Shown here: positions 6,812-12,797 of the stretch, in pieces
Layout of the letters: each line of letters starts with the position of its first letter
How positions within the stretch are numbered: the first letter of the stretch is position 1
Source of the DNA: Candidatus Pacearchaeota archaeon
Lineage (GTDB): Archaea; Nanobdellota; Nanobdellia; Pacearchaeales; UBA284
DNA length: 24,000 bases
Direction of reading: 5' to 3'
NCBI GenBank assembly: GCA_026016245.1
Contig: CP061211.1
Coordinates: 270,679 to 294,678, forward strand
Program-made: the position numbers and the translations under genes
Notes under the pieces: generated by a model
What the model saw: the letters and a program-made list of their open reading frames with translations, nothing else
What the model was told of the DNA's origin: nothing
The model's database searches: none

Positions 6812-7084
6812 ATGCCTCAAAATTGTCCATGGTGCGGGAAAATTCTTGAAATAAAGACACTTGATTTAGGCAATACTCTAAAACAGATCTGTGGAAGGTG
6901 TGGTTTTAAAATTAAAGAATTCGAAAAGCCACAGCCACCAAAAGAAGAGCCTAAACCAGAGGTTGTAGAGGTTAAACAAGCAGAAATCCCAGTGGCAAAG
7001 CAGACGCCAGCATGGCCTTTTATTCTTGGAGCTATAGTTCTAATAATCATAATTATAGCTCTTGTTAAGATCTTTCTAGTTTAA
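6812..7084 (+). CDS. Small zinc-ribbon protein with a C-terminal transmembrane anchor
   Basis: 90-aa ORF. CPWCGK...CGRCG forms two CxxC pairs (zinc ribbon). A Pro/Glu/Lys-rich linker follows, then the hydrophobic helix WPFILGAIVLIIIIIALVKIFLV. A canonical promoter sits at the usual spacing. Confidence 0.55.
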   Translation: MPQNCPWCGKILEIKTLDLGNTLKQICGRCGFKIKEFEKPQPPKEEPKPEVVEVKQAEIPVAKQTPAWPFILGAIVLIIIIIALVKIFLV

Positions 7085-7103
7085 ACAGAAAGAATTCTTC
7101 TCT

Positions 7104-7454
7104 TTATTCAGCTTCTTCTTCAGGTTTTTCTTCAACGGTCTCAGCTTCAGCAGATGGAGCTTCTCCTTCTCCAATAACTTCTATCTTTCCTAATTTCCCT
7201 GTTGTAACTTGTTTCTCTCCTTGGAACTCTTTACAGAAACCATTTGTCAACTTTATTTTGTCTCCTTCTTTTACTCTGTCTATATCTTCGTTCCACAAAG
7301 ACATATTTATTGTTCCAGTGTCATCTTTGACAGTTGCTGTTGCCACACGAATAGGTCTCCCAAAACGAACAAATGTCCTAATCTCCCCTATTTCAGCAAT
7401 TGTAGCCTCTTCTATGTCTGCTTTCTGACCGACTTTCAAATCCGCAATTTTCAT
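7104..7454 (-). CDS. ssb: Single-OB-fold ssDNA-binding protein (crenarchaeal/Sulfolobus-type SSB) with an acidic tail
   Basis: 116-aa ORF. The core TATVKDDTGTINMSLWNEDIDRVKEGDKIKLTNGFCKEFQGEKQVTTGKLGKIEV parallels the Sulfolobus SSB OB fold ([52 protein letters not shown]). The C-terminal tail is acidic (EAETVEEKPEEEAE). The gene lies directly downstream of rfcL. Confidence 0.75.
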   Translation of the reverse strand: MKIADLKVGQKADIEEATIAEIGEIRTFVRFGRPIRVATATVKDDTGTINMSLWNEDIDRVKEGDKIKLTNGFCKEFQGEKQVTTGKLGKIEVIGEGEAPSAEAETVEEKPEEEAE

Positions 7455-7491
7455 TTTAAATTCCTTTTTAATATTATGTAAAAATATGTTT

Positions 7492-8646
7492 TTAAAGGTT
7501 TGTAAAAGGGATATTATCTTGGAAAGCTATCTCTAGGAAAGGAAGCTCTTTATATGCTCTTTTTTTTGATGTGTGTATAATCTTAGCTAATTTTTCAGCA
7601 ATTTCCTTTCTTTTTGCTTGTTTTTGTTTTACTATCCATATTTTTAATATCCTTGAAGGTGGTTTGTATGATGTAAAATCTGTTTTTGCTTCTTTTTTTG
7701 AATTAGAGATACCTTCAGTGAGCAAAGCATTTATGTAAACAAGAAAACGCCAGTGTTGCCATCTTCTTATCCTGCCTCTAAAAACATCTGCCTTGCTTAA
7801 AGCATCATAAGCCTTTGCCAGCTCTTCTCCTCGATACTCTAAAGGCAGGTTTTCATCAATCCATAAAAAAATATCATTAGTATTTATATTCTGCACATTA
7901 TTAAAAGCCCTTAATGTTTTGTCTTTAGCTTTGAATATTTTTCTCAAGGCCTGGAAAATATTTTCATCTTTTTCCCTGGAACACAAGTCTAGCGCATCTT
8001 TTTTTGTTATCTCATTCTCTTTGCGTACAGAAGCCAAAATCTGCAAGTCAGTTATTGCTGCTCTGGCATCCCCTCTGGCCGTGATTGAAATAGTCTCAAA
8101 AGCATCACTGGAGATTTTTAACTTTTCTTTTTTAGATGTTTTTTGTAAAAGAGAAACAATACTTTCTTTATCTAGAGCTTTAAGTTCAATAAACTGCGTT
8201 TTTGAACGTAGGGGCCTTAGTTTAGCTTGCCAGGCATCATTTGCCACAAGAATTATAGGATAGCAGGTTCCTATTATTAATCTCATAAGTTCGCTTAGGC
8301 CTCCCCTGTCTCTAGTTCCAGTTATCCCATCAATTTCATCCACAAGAATTATCTTTCCCTTAGAAAATAAACTTTTTTGTTGAATGGCCTGCCCAATAAT
8401 TTCTTTTATTTGTTGTTTATTTCTAAAGTCAGAGGCATTTAATTCAATAATTTCATAATCAAATTCTGAAGCCAGGGCATAGGCTATAGAAGTTTTTCCA
8501 CTGCCAGCAGGACCATATAACAAGACAGCTTTTCTCCTTTGTATAGGAAAATTTTTTACAAAATCAAGAATTTTCTTTCTAGCTTCGACATTTCCAACTA
8601 TGTCTTTTAGTTTTCTAGGTCTATATTTTTCAGTCCAAGGAATCAT
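7492..8646 (-). CDS. rfcL: Replication factor C large subunit (short form, 384 aa)
   Basis: The N-terminus is MIPWTEKYRPRKLKDIVGN. Walker A is LYGPAGSGKTS and Walker B is IILVDEIDGI. The C-terminal helical domains are present. The start is 8 nt downstream of the rfcS stop. Confidence 0.9.
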   Translation of the reverse strand: MIPWTEKYRPRKLKDIVGNVEARKKILDFVKNFPIQRRKAVLLYGPAGSGKTSIAYALASEFDYEIIELNASDFRNKQQIKEIIGQAIQQKSLFSKGKIILVDEIDGITGTRDRGGLSELMRLIIGTCYPIILVANDAWQAKLRPLRSKTQFIELKALDKESIVSLLQKTSKKEKLKISSDAFETISITARGDARAAITDLQILASVRKENEITKKDALDLCSREKDENIFQALRKIFKAKDKTLRAFNNVQNINTNDIFLWIDENLPLEYRGEELAKAYDALSKADVFRGRIRRWQHWRFLVYINALLTEGISNSKKEAKTDFTSYKPPSRILKIWIVKQKQAKRKEIAEKLAKIIHTSKKRAYKELPFLEIAFQDNIPFTNL

Positions 8647-8654
8647 CTTTTATT

Positions 8655-9623
8655 TTATTTTTTAGCAAGAATGAATGAAGCAAGCAAAGCCTCAAGTTGA
8701 ACAAAATCATCGCTTCCCTCTACTAATCTAAATTCTATTTCCCCACACTTCTCTACAAGTTTTAATTTTTCTTCTTCTTTAATATCTAAATTCCATATCT
8801 CTTTCTGAATTGCTTTAACTATATCTAATCCTCCTAGACCTTGTTTTAACATAACATCAAGAAGCCTGTTTCTGGCATCAAGGAAAGAGCCTTTTAATGC
8901 CATTTCTATGATAGTTTTTATATCAGCTGGTTTAACCTCTGCAATAATCTCATATATTGTATTTTCATTTATGTTTTTTGATATACTTGCGCTGGCTTGA
9001 AGTATATTAATAACACGACGTAGATCGCCATTGCTCACATCATACAAGCCTTCTATAGCCTTATTATTGATCTTGAACTTCTCTTGCTTTGCGATTCTTT
9101 CAACAACTCTGGCCACATCTTTCTTGTCTAAAAGTTTGAATCTAAAAATACTGCACCTTGATTGTATAGGATCAATAATTTTACTACTGACATTACAACT
9201 GAGAATAAAACGACATGTTCCTGTAAACATTTCCATTGTTCTTCTTAATGCTTGTTGAGCTTCTTTTGTCAGAGCATCGCTTTCATCAAGAAAAATGATT
9301 TTGAAAGGCCCGCTAAAAGCCTTTGTTCTTGCAAAGCCCTTGACTTTTTGCCTTACTACATCTATTCCTCTTTCATCACTAGCATTCAACTCTAAAAAAT
9401 TTTCATGCCATGCCTTACCAAAGAACTTTTTTGCTATAATTAAAGCAAGAGTTGTCTTGCCACTTCCTGCAGGACCTGAAAAAAGTAAATGTGGCATATT
9501 CTTATTCTGGACAAAGGCTCTCCCCCTCTTAACAATCTCAGAATGGCCAAGAACCTCAGAAAAGTCTTTAGGACGGTATTTCTCAGTCCAAATTACACTA
9601 TCTTTAAATTCCTTAGCCTTCAT
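8655..9623 (-). CDS. rfcS: Replication factor C small subunit
   Basis: Motifs present are WTEKYRPKDFSEVLGH, Walker A FSGPAGSGKTT, Walker B IIFLDESDALT and the SRC motif IDPIQSRCSIFRF. The ORF track extends to 9806, but the conserved N-terminus starts at ATG 9623 (MKAKEFKDSVIWTEKYRP). That ATG lies 21 nt after a tttataaa TATA box. The longer version would also overlap the divergent gene and its promoter. Confidence 0.92.
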   Translation of the reverse strand: MKAKEFKDSVIWTEKYRPKDFSEVLGHSEIVKRGRAFVQNKNMPHLLFSGPAGSGKTTLALIIAKKFFGKAWHENFLELNASDERGIDVVRQKVKGFARTKAFSGPFKIIFLDESDALTKEAQQALRRTMEMFTGTCRFILSCNVSSKIIDPIQSRCSIFRFKLLDKKDVARVVERIAKQEKFKINNKAIEGLYDVSNGDLRRVINILQASASISKNINENTIYEIIAEVKPADIKTIIEMALKGSFLDARNRLLDVMLKQGLGGLDIVKAIQKEIWNLDIKEEEKLKLVEKCGEIEFRLVEGSDDFVQLEALLASFILAKK

Positions 9624-9644
9624 GTCTAAAAGAAAGGGGAAGTT

Positions 9645-9652
9645 TTTATAAA
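9645..9652 (-). promoter_or_regulatory. TATA box (tttataaa) for the rfcS-rfcL-ssb operon
   Basis: Palindromic 8-mer. On the minus strand, 21 nt separate it from ATG 9623. Confidence 0.6.
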
Positions 9653-9702
9653 TCTTATGTTCAAGAATCATTAATTCCTTAAGAGTAAGAACAAGAAAAA
9701 GG

Positions 9703-9710
9703 TTTAAATA
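9703..9710 (+). promoter_or_regulatory. TATA box (tttaaata) for the 9732..10358 hypothetical gene
   Basis: There are 21 nt between the element and ATG 9732, identical to the spacing at 6783/6812 and 14243/14272. Confidence 0.55.
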
Positions 9711-9731
9711 TCTCCTCCTGTTTCTAATTTT

Positions 9732-10358
9732 ATGGTAAAAATTAATTTTGAATTGAGAAATCCTAGTTATTATTACATTAGTCTTACCAATTATATTGAA
9801 AATCAAATTGATAAGGTTTTAACTAAATTAAGACAGCAGGATAAAATTAAGGGATTAGAAAAAGAAGTAGAAAAACAAAAAAAAGAGGCTGAGATTTCTT
9901 TGGACGTGGCTCTTAGAGAAGAACGAGAAAAAAGAAAAATTCTTCAAGAAAAGTTAATAGTGGAAGCACAATTAGATAAGTATTGTAATGGTGATTCTTA
10001 TATAAAAAAGATATTACCAAAATCAAGAAAAGAGATTAAAATATTATCAGAATCTATCCCCTCAGAAAGAGAAAAGCTCCCTCGCGTTAAAATTAGTTCA
10101 AAACATCCAAGAAGTGAGGAATATTTAAGATTTATCAAGAAATTAGAAGGAATAAAATATATTACAGAGATTGTAGATGGAGAGGCAAGAGAAGCAAAAA
10201 AATCTAGAATTAGAAGAATAACTGAAAAAGAAATTTTATTTATTCATGTTGATAATAATTGTCGTGGTTATCGTATTTCAGTTAAGACTACTGCTGAGAA
10301 TATTAGACAGCAGCATCATATTGTAGCTTTAATAGAAGAATATTTTATTAGACCCTAG
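9732..10358 (+). CDS. Hypothetical protein (charged coiled-coil N-terminal half, unknown C-terminal domain)
   Basis: 208-aa ORF with a canonical TATA box at leaderless spacing. The N-terminal half is Lys/Glu-rich and helical (KGLEKEVEKQKKEAEISLDVALREEREKRKILQEKL). The C-terminal part (EILFIHVDNNCRGYRISVKTTAENIRQQHHIVALIEEYF) matched no family I could recognise. Its 3' end overlaps the convergent gene by 11 nt. Confidence 0.5.
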   Translation: MVKINFELRNPSYYYISLTNYIENQIDKVLTKLRQQDKIKGLEKEVEKQKKEAEISLDVALREEREKRKILQEKLIVEAQLDKYCNGDSYIKKILPKSRKEIKILSESIPSEREKLPRVKISSKHPRSEEYLRFIKKLEGIKYITEIVDGEAREAKKSRIRRITEKEILFIHVDNNCRGYRISVKTTAENIRQQHHIVALIEEYFIRP

Positions 10359-11214
10359 AAATAACAAATCTTGATCCTGCAAAAGCTGATATTACTGCTG
10401 TTATCAAAAGATTTCCTACTTGAGTTTTAAAAATAGGTTCAGATAATGGCTGGCCTGCTCTGTCTGCAAATTTCTGAACAGCTGCTTTTATCTCATCCTC
10501 GTTCAACGTGATTTTTGTTTCTTGTATTGTTCCTTCTCTTGTTATCTTAATAGAAAGATTAGCACCATCACATTGTATTAGAGAAACACCATCATCTTTA
10601 ACAAGAGAATTTAATTTTCCTAAATCTATTCCTGTGATTGCTTCATATTTTTCTTCTGGAGGGGGAGGAGGAACAGGAGCTGGAGGTGCTAGGGCAGGAG
10701 CTTCTGGGACTTCTGGAGCTTCGGGTGTAGGAAACTGCACTGTTGGTGGTGCCATAGCCTCTTCTTCAGGAGGCCTAGCAGGAGATCTTGGTTCAGGCAG
10801 AGGATATTCTTTTTCTGGTTTTGGTGCTTTTGGCAATATAGGCAAGGGTCTCTTATAAACTGGGGCCACTTCTGTTGGGGGAGGTGTTGGTTTTGGCGCT
10901 GCTTCAACTATTTCTTCCATTTTCTCAGGCTCTACTTTTTCTTCTTCTAATGTAAGAGGTTTTAATTTTTCTCTCATTTTCCTGCCTTTCATTATGCCTA
11001 GTCTTAATTTTTTCTCAACTACTGCAACTTCCTTTTCTGCTTTCTCCTTTTTCCCTATTTTTTTCTCTTCTATAATTTGTTTTTCTTTAGCAATAAGAAG
11101 CTGTTTCATAAAAGAGCTAAGAAATTCTCTTTCTCTAGCACTTTTTGCTTTCTCGGCAGCAGTTTCTACAGCTTTTATTTCAGATTTTATAGTTTTTGCT
11201 TTCTTTCTAGCCAT
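10348..11214 (-). CDS. Hypothetical protein with an N-terminal coiled coil, a Pro-rich linker, and a C-terminal domain resembling the N-domain of PilB/TadA/FlaI-type secretion ATPases (no ATPase core)
   Basis: 288-aa ORF. Residues 1-100 are Lys/Glu coiled coil. Residues ~105-187 are Pro-rich (PKPTPPPTEVAP...APPAPVPPPPPEE). Residues ~192-288 read ITGIDLGKLNSLVKDDGVSLIQCDGANLSIKITREGTIQETKITLNEDEIKAAVQKFADRAGQPLSEPIFKTQVGNLLITAVISAFAGSRFVISRV. This parallels the pre-Walker-A N-domain of CpaF/TadA/VirB11-class ATPases ([93 protein letters not shown]). The ORF stops where the ATPase core would begin. Confidence 0.6.
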   Translation of the reverse strand: MARKKAKTIKSEIKAVETAAEKAKSAREREFLSSFMKQLLIAKEKQIIEEKKIGKKEKAEKEVAVVEKKLRLGIMKGRKMREKLKPLTLEEEKVEPEKMEEIVEAAPKPTPPPTEVAPVYKRPLPILPKAPKPEKEYPLPEPRSPARPPEEEAMAPPTVQFPTPEAPEVPEAPALAPPAPVPPPPPEEKYEAITGIDLGKLNSLVKDDGVSLIQCDGANLSIKITREGTIQETKITLNEDEIKAAVQKFADRAGQPLSEPIFKTQVGNLLITAVISAFAGSRFVISRV

Positions 11215-11227
11215 TTTAGAAATATAA

Positions 11228-11608
11228 TTAAAAGGAAAACTCTGGTAAAGGTTTTGGTTTGTGTGTTTCTCTAGATGGTCTTGCTGGACTTGGTCTTTCT
11301 ACTTTGCTTTCCCTAAGTGTTTTTTCTAAAAGAAGCAAGCCTTTTGCTATTGTCATGTTCTGCTTGACAAGATCATCTATCTTCTCTGAAAGTTCAGCAA
11401 TTTCCGACGGAGCTGCTGCGGCTCCCTCTATTCTAGCTTCCTTAAAAGCCTTGCTTGCATCTTCAAATAATTTAAGCAAAGAAGAAACTTTTTTGTTCAA
11501 ACTCTTAAGTTCAGTGGCTAGGTTGGTGATAGTCTTTTGTAGAGCTATAGTGTTCTCTAAAAGTAGATCTATGGCTTTAGTTGATTTTACCCCTTTTTTT
11601 GTCATCAC
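11228..11608 (-). CDS. Hypothetical coiled-coil protein, upstream partner of 10348..11214
   Basis: 126-aa ORF, helical heptad-like throughout (LLENTIALQKTITNLATELKSLNKKVSSLLKLFEDASKAFKEA...). It has an Ala-rich centre and a basic, Pro-rich tail (ERPSPARPSRETHKPKPLPEFSF). It ends 13 nt before the next gene. A TATA-like tttttaaatt lies upstream on the minus strand. Confidence 0.55.
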   Translation of the reverse strand: MMTKKGVKSTKAIDLLLENTIALQKTITNLATELKSLNKKVSSLLKLFEDASKAFKEARIEGAAAAPSEIAELSEKIDDLVKQNMTIAKGLLLLEKTLRESKVERPSPARPSRETHKPKPLPEFSF

Positions 11609-11652
11609 ATCCTAAACAAAAAGGAATTTAAAAATTTTGCTCTTAACAAAAA

Positions 11653-11660
11653 TTTATAAA
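11653..11660 (+). promoter_or_regulatory. TATA box (tttataaa) for tRNA-Leu
   Basis: There are 23 nt between the element and the tRNA 5' end at 11684. Confidence 0.6.
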
Positions 11661-11683
11661 TCTTTAACATTTTTATCTTGTAT

Positions 11684-11767
11684 GCGGGAGTGTCGGAGTG
11701 GTCAAACGAGCAGGACTTAAGATCCTGTGGGTTAGTCCCTGCGCAGGTTCGAATCCTGTCTCCCGCA
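11684..11767 (+). tRNA. tRNA-Leu (anticodon UAA), class II with a long variable arm
   Basis: The sequence reads GCGGGAG TG TCGGAGTGGTCAAACGAG CAGGA CTTAAGA TCCTG TGGGTTAGTCCCTGC GCAGG TTCGAAT CCTGT CTCCCGC A. The anticodon TAA is at 11718-11720. It has a long variable arm and a perfect 7-bp acceptor stem. Confidence 0.9.
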
Positions 11768-11776
11768 TCAGCAAGC

Positions 11777-11784
11777 TTTAAAAG
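11777..11784 (+). promoter_or_regulatory. TATA box (tttaaaag) for the SRP RNA, inside the tRNA-Leu 3' trailer
   Basis: There are 21 nt between the element and the predicted SRP RNA 5' end (11806). Confidence 0.5.
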
Positions 11785-11805
11785 TTCTTTCTGCCTCTTT
11801 TTAGT

Positions 11806-12069
11806 GGGTAGGTTAGGCTGGCACGCTAGCCCTGTGCCGTTTGTAAATGGGCTTTATGACAAGCTGCAAGAGGAGGCGTTATATGCTTGTTGGGGAGTCC
11901 TGACTTGGACGTTGAGGTCTTGTCCTGCTTGATCTTGCCCTAGCAAACCGGGTCAGTTCCGGAAGGAGGCAGCCCTAAGTTAGAGTTAAGATGCTTGTAG
12001 GGTTGCAAGGCTGAGGAAGAGTTAGGGTAGCTTTCTAGTAAGTATAGAAGCAAATCCTCGAACCTGCCC
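11806..12069 (+). ncRNA. Signal recognition particle RNA (archaeal 7S-type SRP RNA)
   Basis: GC-rich, non-coding island. ACCGGGTCAGTTCCGGAAGGAGGCAGCCCTAAG matches the universally conserved SRP helix-8 core, with a GGAA tetraloop flanked by the GGUCAG / GGCAGCC asymmetric and symmetric loops (E. coli 4.5S: ACCAGGUCAGGUCCGGAAGGAAGCAGCCAAGG). The 5' GGGTAGGTT (11806-11814) pairs over 9 bp with the 3' AACCTGCCC (12061-12069), closing the molecule. The 5' region GGTTAGGCTGGCACGCTAGCC resembles the archaeal Alu-domain start. A TTTT run follows. The ends are approximate, within a few nt. Confidence 0.85.
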
Positions 12070-12077
12070 TTTTAAAA

Positions 12078-12797
12078 TTATTTTAAAACTCCTCTAACAT
12101 AACCAAGATTCTCTTTTTTTAAACCAAGTGCTTCTTTTAACCCCTTATATTCAAAATTAAACATTTTTTTGATAAATTCTGGAAAAAGATCATTTGATAT
12201 CCTCACTTTATATTCTGTATAATGAGATAAATAAATATGTGCTGTTGTTTGTCCAATTGCATATTTAGAAGCAATTTCTAAACTTTTTCTTGCCTTTTCT
12301 TTTCCAAACTCTTTCAGTCTAGAATTTATGAAGGGAGTTTGAATAATTCTTTCGTGTAAATCCTTTTTAAAATTTAAATCTTTTTTATAGAATTCTTCCA
12401 TGACGTTATATAATTTAATAAAATCTGAATCTTCATATAGTTCTGAAATAAAACAAACATCAAATTCACAGCCTCCCCTTTTTATTTTTCTTAAAGTCCT
12501 TTCCATTTCTCCTTTTAATCTTCTTAATTTCTTTTCTGCTTCTTCAGAACATAAATCTTGAAATGCCACTATATTATGAACATAAATTTTATCCCATGGA
12601 ATAAGCAATATTTTTTTTGCATACTGAAGCAGATTTATGGTTATATCTCTTATATTTTTTCTTGAATAGTATCTTGAACCAAAACTGATGCCAGCAAAAC
12701 AGCTCAAGGTTTTTGGCTCATATAAAAATTTTTTGCCAAGTCCATATGTTTCTAATATCTCTAACTTTCTAATGGGTTTTATATTTTTAATCATCAT
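12078..12797 (-). CDS. Cyclodipeptide synthase (CDPS)-like protein; tRNA-dependent peptide-bond-forming enzyme family, divergent
   Basis: 239-aa ORF, the same size as AlbC. By-eye alignment to remembered AlbC/YvmC sequences gives several matches. SCFAGISFGSRYYSRKN aligns with ALIGISAGNSYFSQKN (GIS with the acyl-accepting Ser). ILLIPWD aligns with VVYVDTH. SEEAEKKLRRLKGEMERTL aligns with AQEAERSVKRTLKDLRRRL. FISELYEDSDFIKLYNVMEEFYKKDLNFKKD aligns with SLSELQETPEYRAVRERTDRAFEEDAEFATA. KYAIGQ aligns with NYVLAE, so the Tyr is conserved but the catalytic Glu is replaced by Gln. The start overlaps the radical SAM stop by 4 nt (ATGA). Confidence 0.5.
   Translation of the reverse strand: MMIKNIKPIRKLEILETYGLGKKFLYEPKTLSCFAGISFGSRYYSRKNIRDITINLLQYAKKILLIPWDKIYVHNIVAFQDLCSEEAEKKLRRLKGEMERTLRKIKRGGCEFDVCFISELYEDSDFIKLYNVMEEFYKKDLNFKKDLHERIIQTPFINSRLKEFGKEKARKSLEIASKYAIGQTTAHIYLSHYTEYKVRISNDLFPEFIKKMFNFEYKGLKEALGLKKENLGYVRGVLK

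Noticed and set aside
7919-9651. Plus-strand ORFs 7919..8263, 9031..9258 and 9295..9651 inside the RFC genes
   Set aside because: They are antisense to strongly supported RFC coding sequence, and their hydrophobic, Ser/Leu-rich composition is typical of antisense frames in AT-rich DNA. The same reasoning applies to 946..1143, 3003..3257, 4579..4830, 5020..5223, 6817..7050, 7209..7481, 16405..16629, 16839..17069, 17860..18150, 19283..19504, 19757..20113, 20227..20415, 20458..20646, 20998..21189, 21581..21784, 22403..22735 and 23506..23691.
9624-9806. 61-codon N-terminal extension of rfcS given in the ORF track (MIFNIIGKTNVIITRISQF...)
   Set aside because: The extension is not conserved-looking. 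It runs through the divergent gene's TATA box and start (9703-9734) and through rfcS's own TATA box (9645-9652). The RFC small-subunit consensus N-terminus begins at ATG 9623.
10508-10858. 116-aa Gly-rich ORF (SGGGGGTGAGGARAGASG...), with the overlapping ORFs 10689..10907, 10994..11227, 11077..11274 and 11259..11615
   Set aside because: These are antisense or off-frame shadows of the Pro-rich and coiled-coil genes: CCN proline codons read as GGN on the other strand. They have low-complexity composition and no promoter geometry. The minus-strand genes have coherent domain structure.
11678-11932. 84-aa plus-strand ORF in the six-frame track
   Set aside because: It lies entirely over tRNA-Leu (11684-11767) and the 5' half of the SRP RNA. 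The open frame is explained by the GC-rich structural RNA sequence, and there is no promoter or start context for a protein.
11684-12797. Possible functional link between tRNA-Leu(UAA) and the adjacent CDPS-like gene (CDPSs use aminoacyl-tRNAs, often Leu-tRNA)
   Set aside because: The genes are on opposite strands and separated by the SRP RNA. Adjacency in a genome this compact is most simply coincidence. It would only become interesting if conserved in other genomes.
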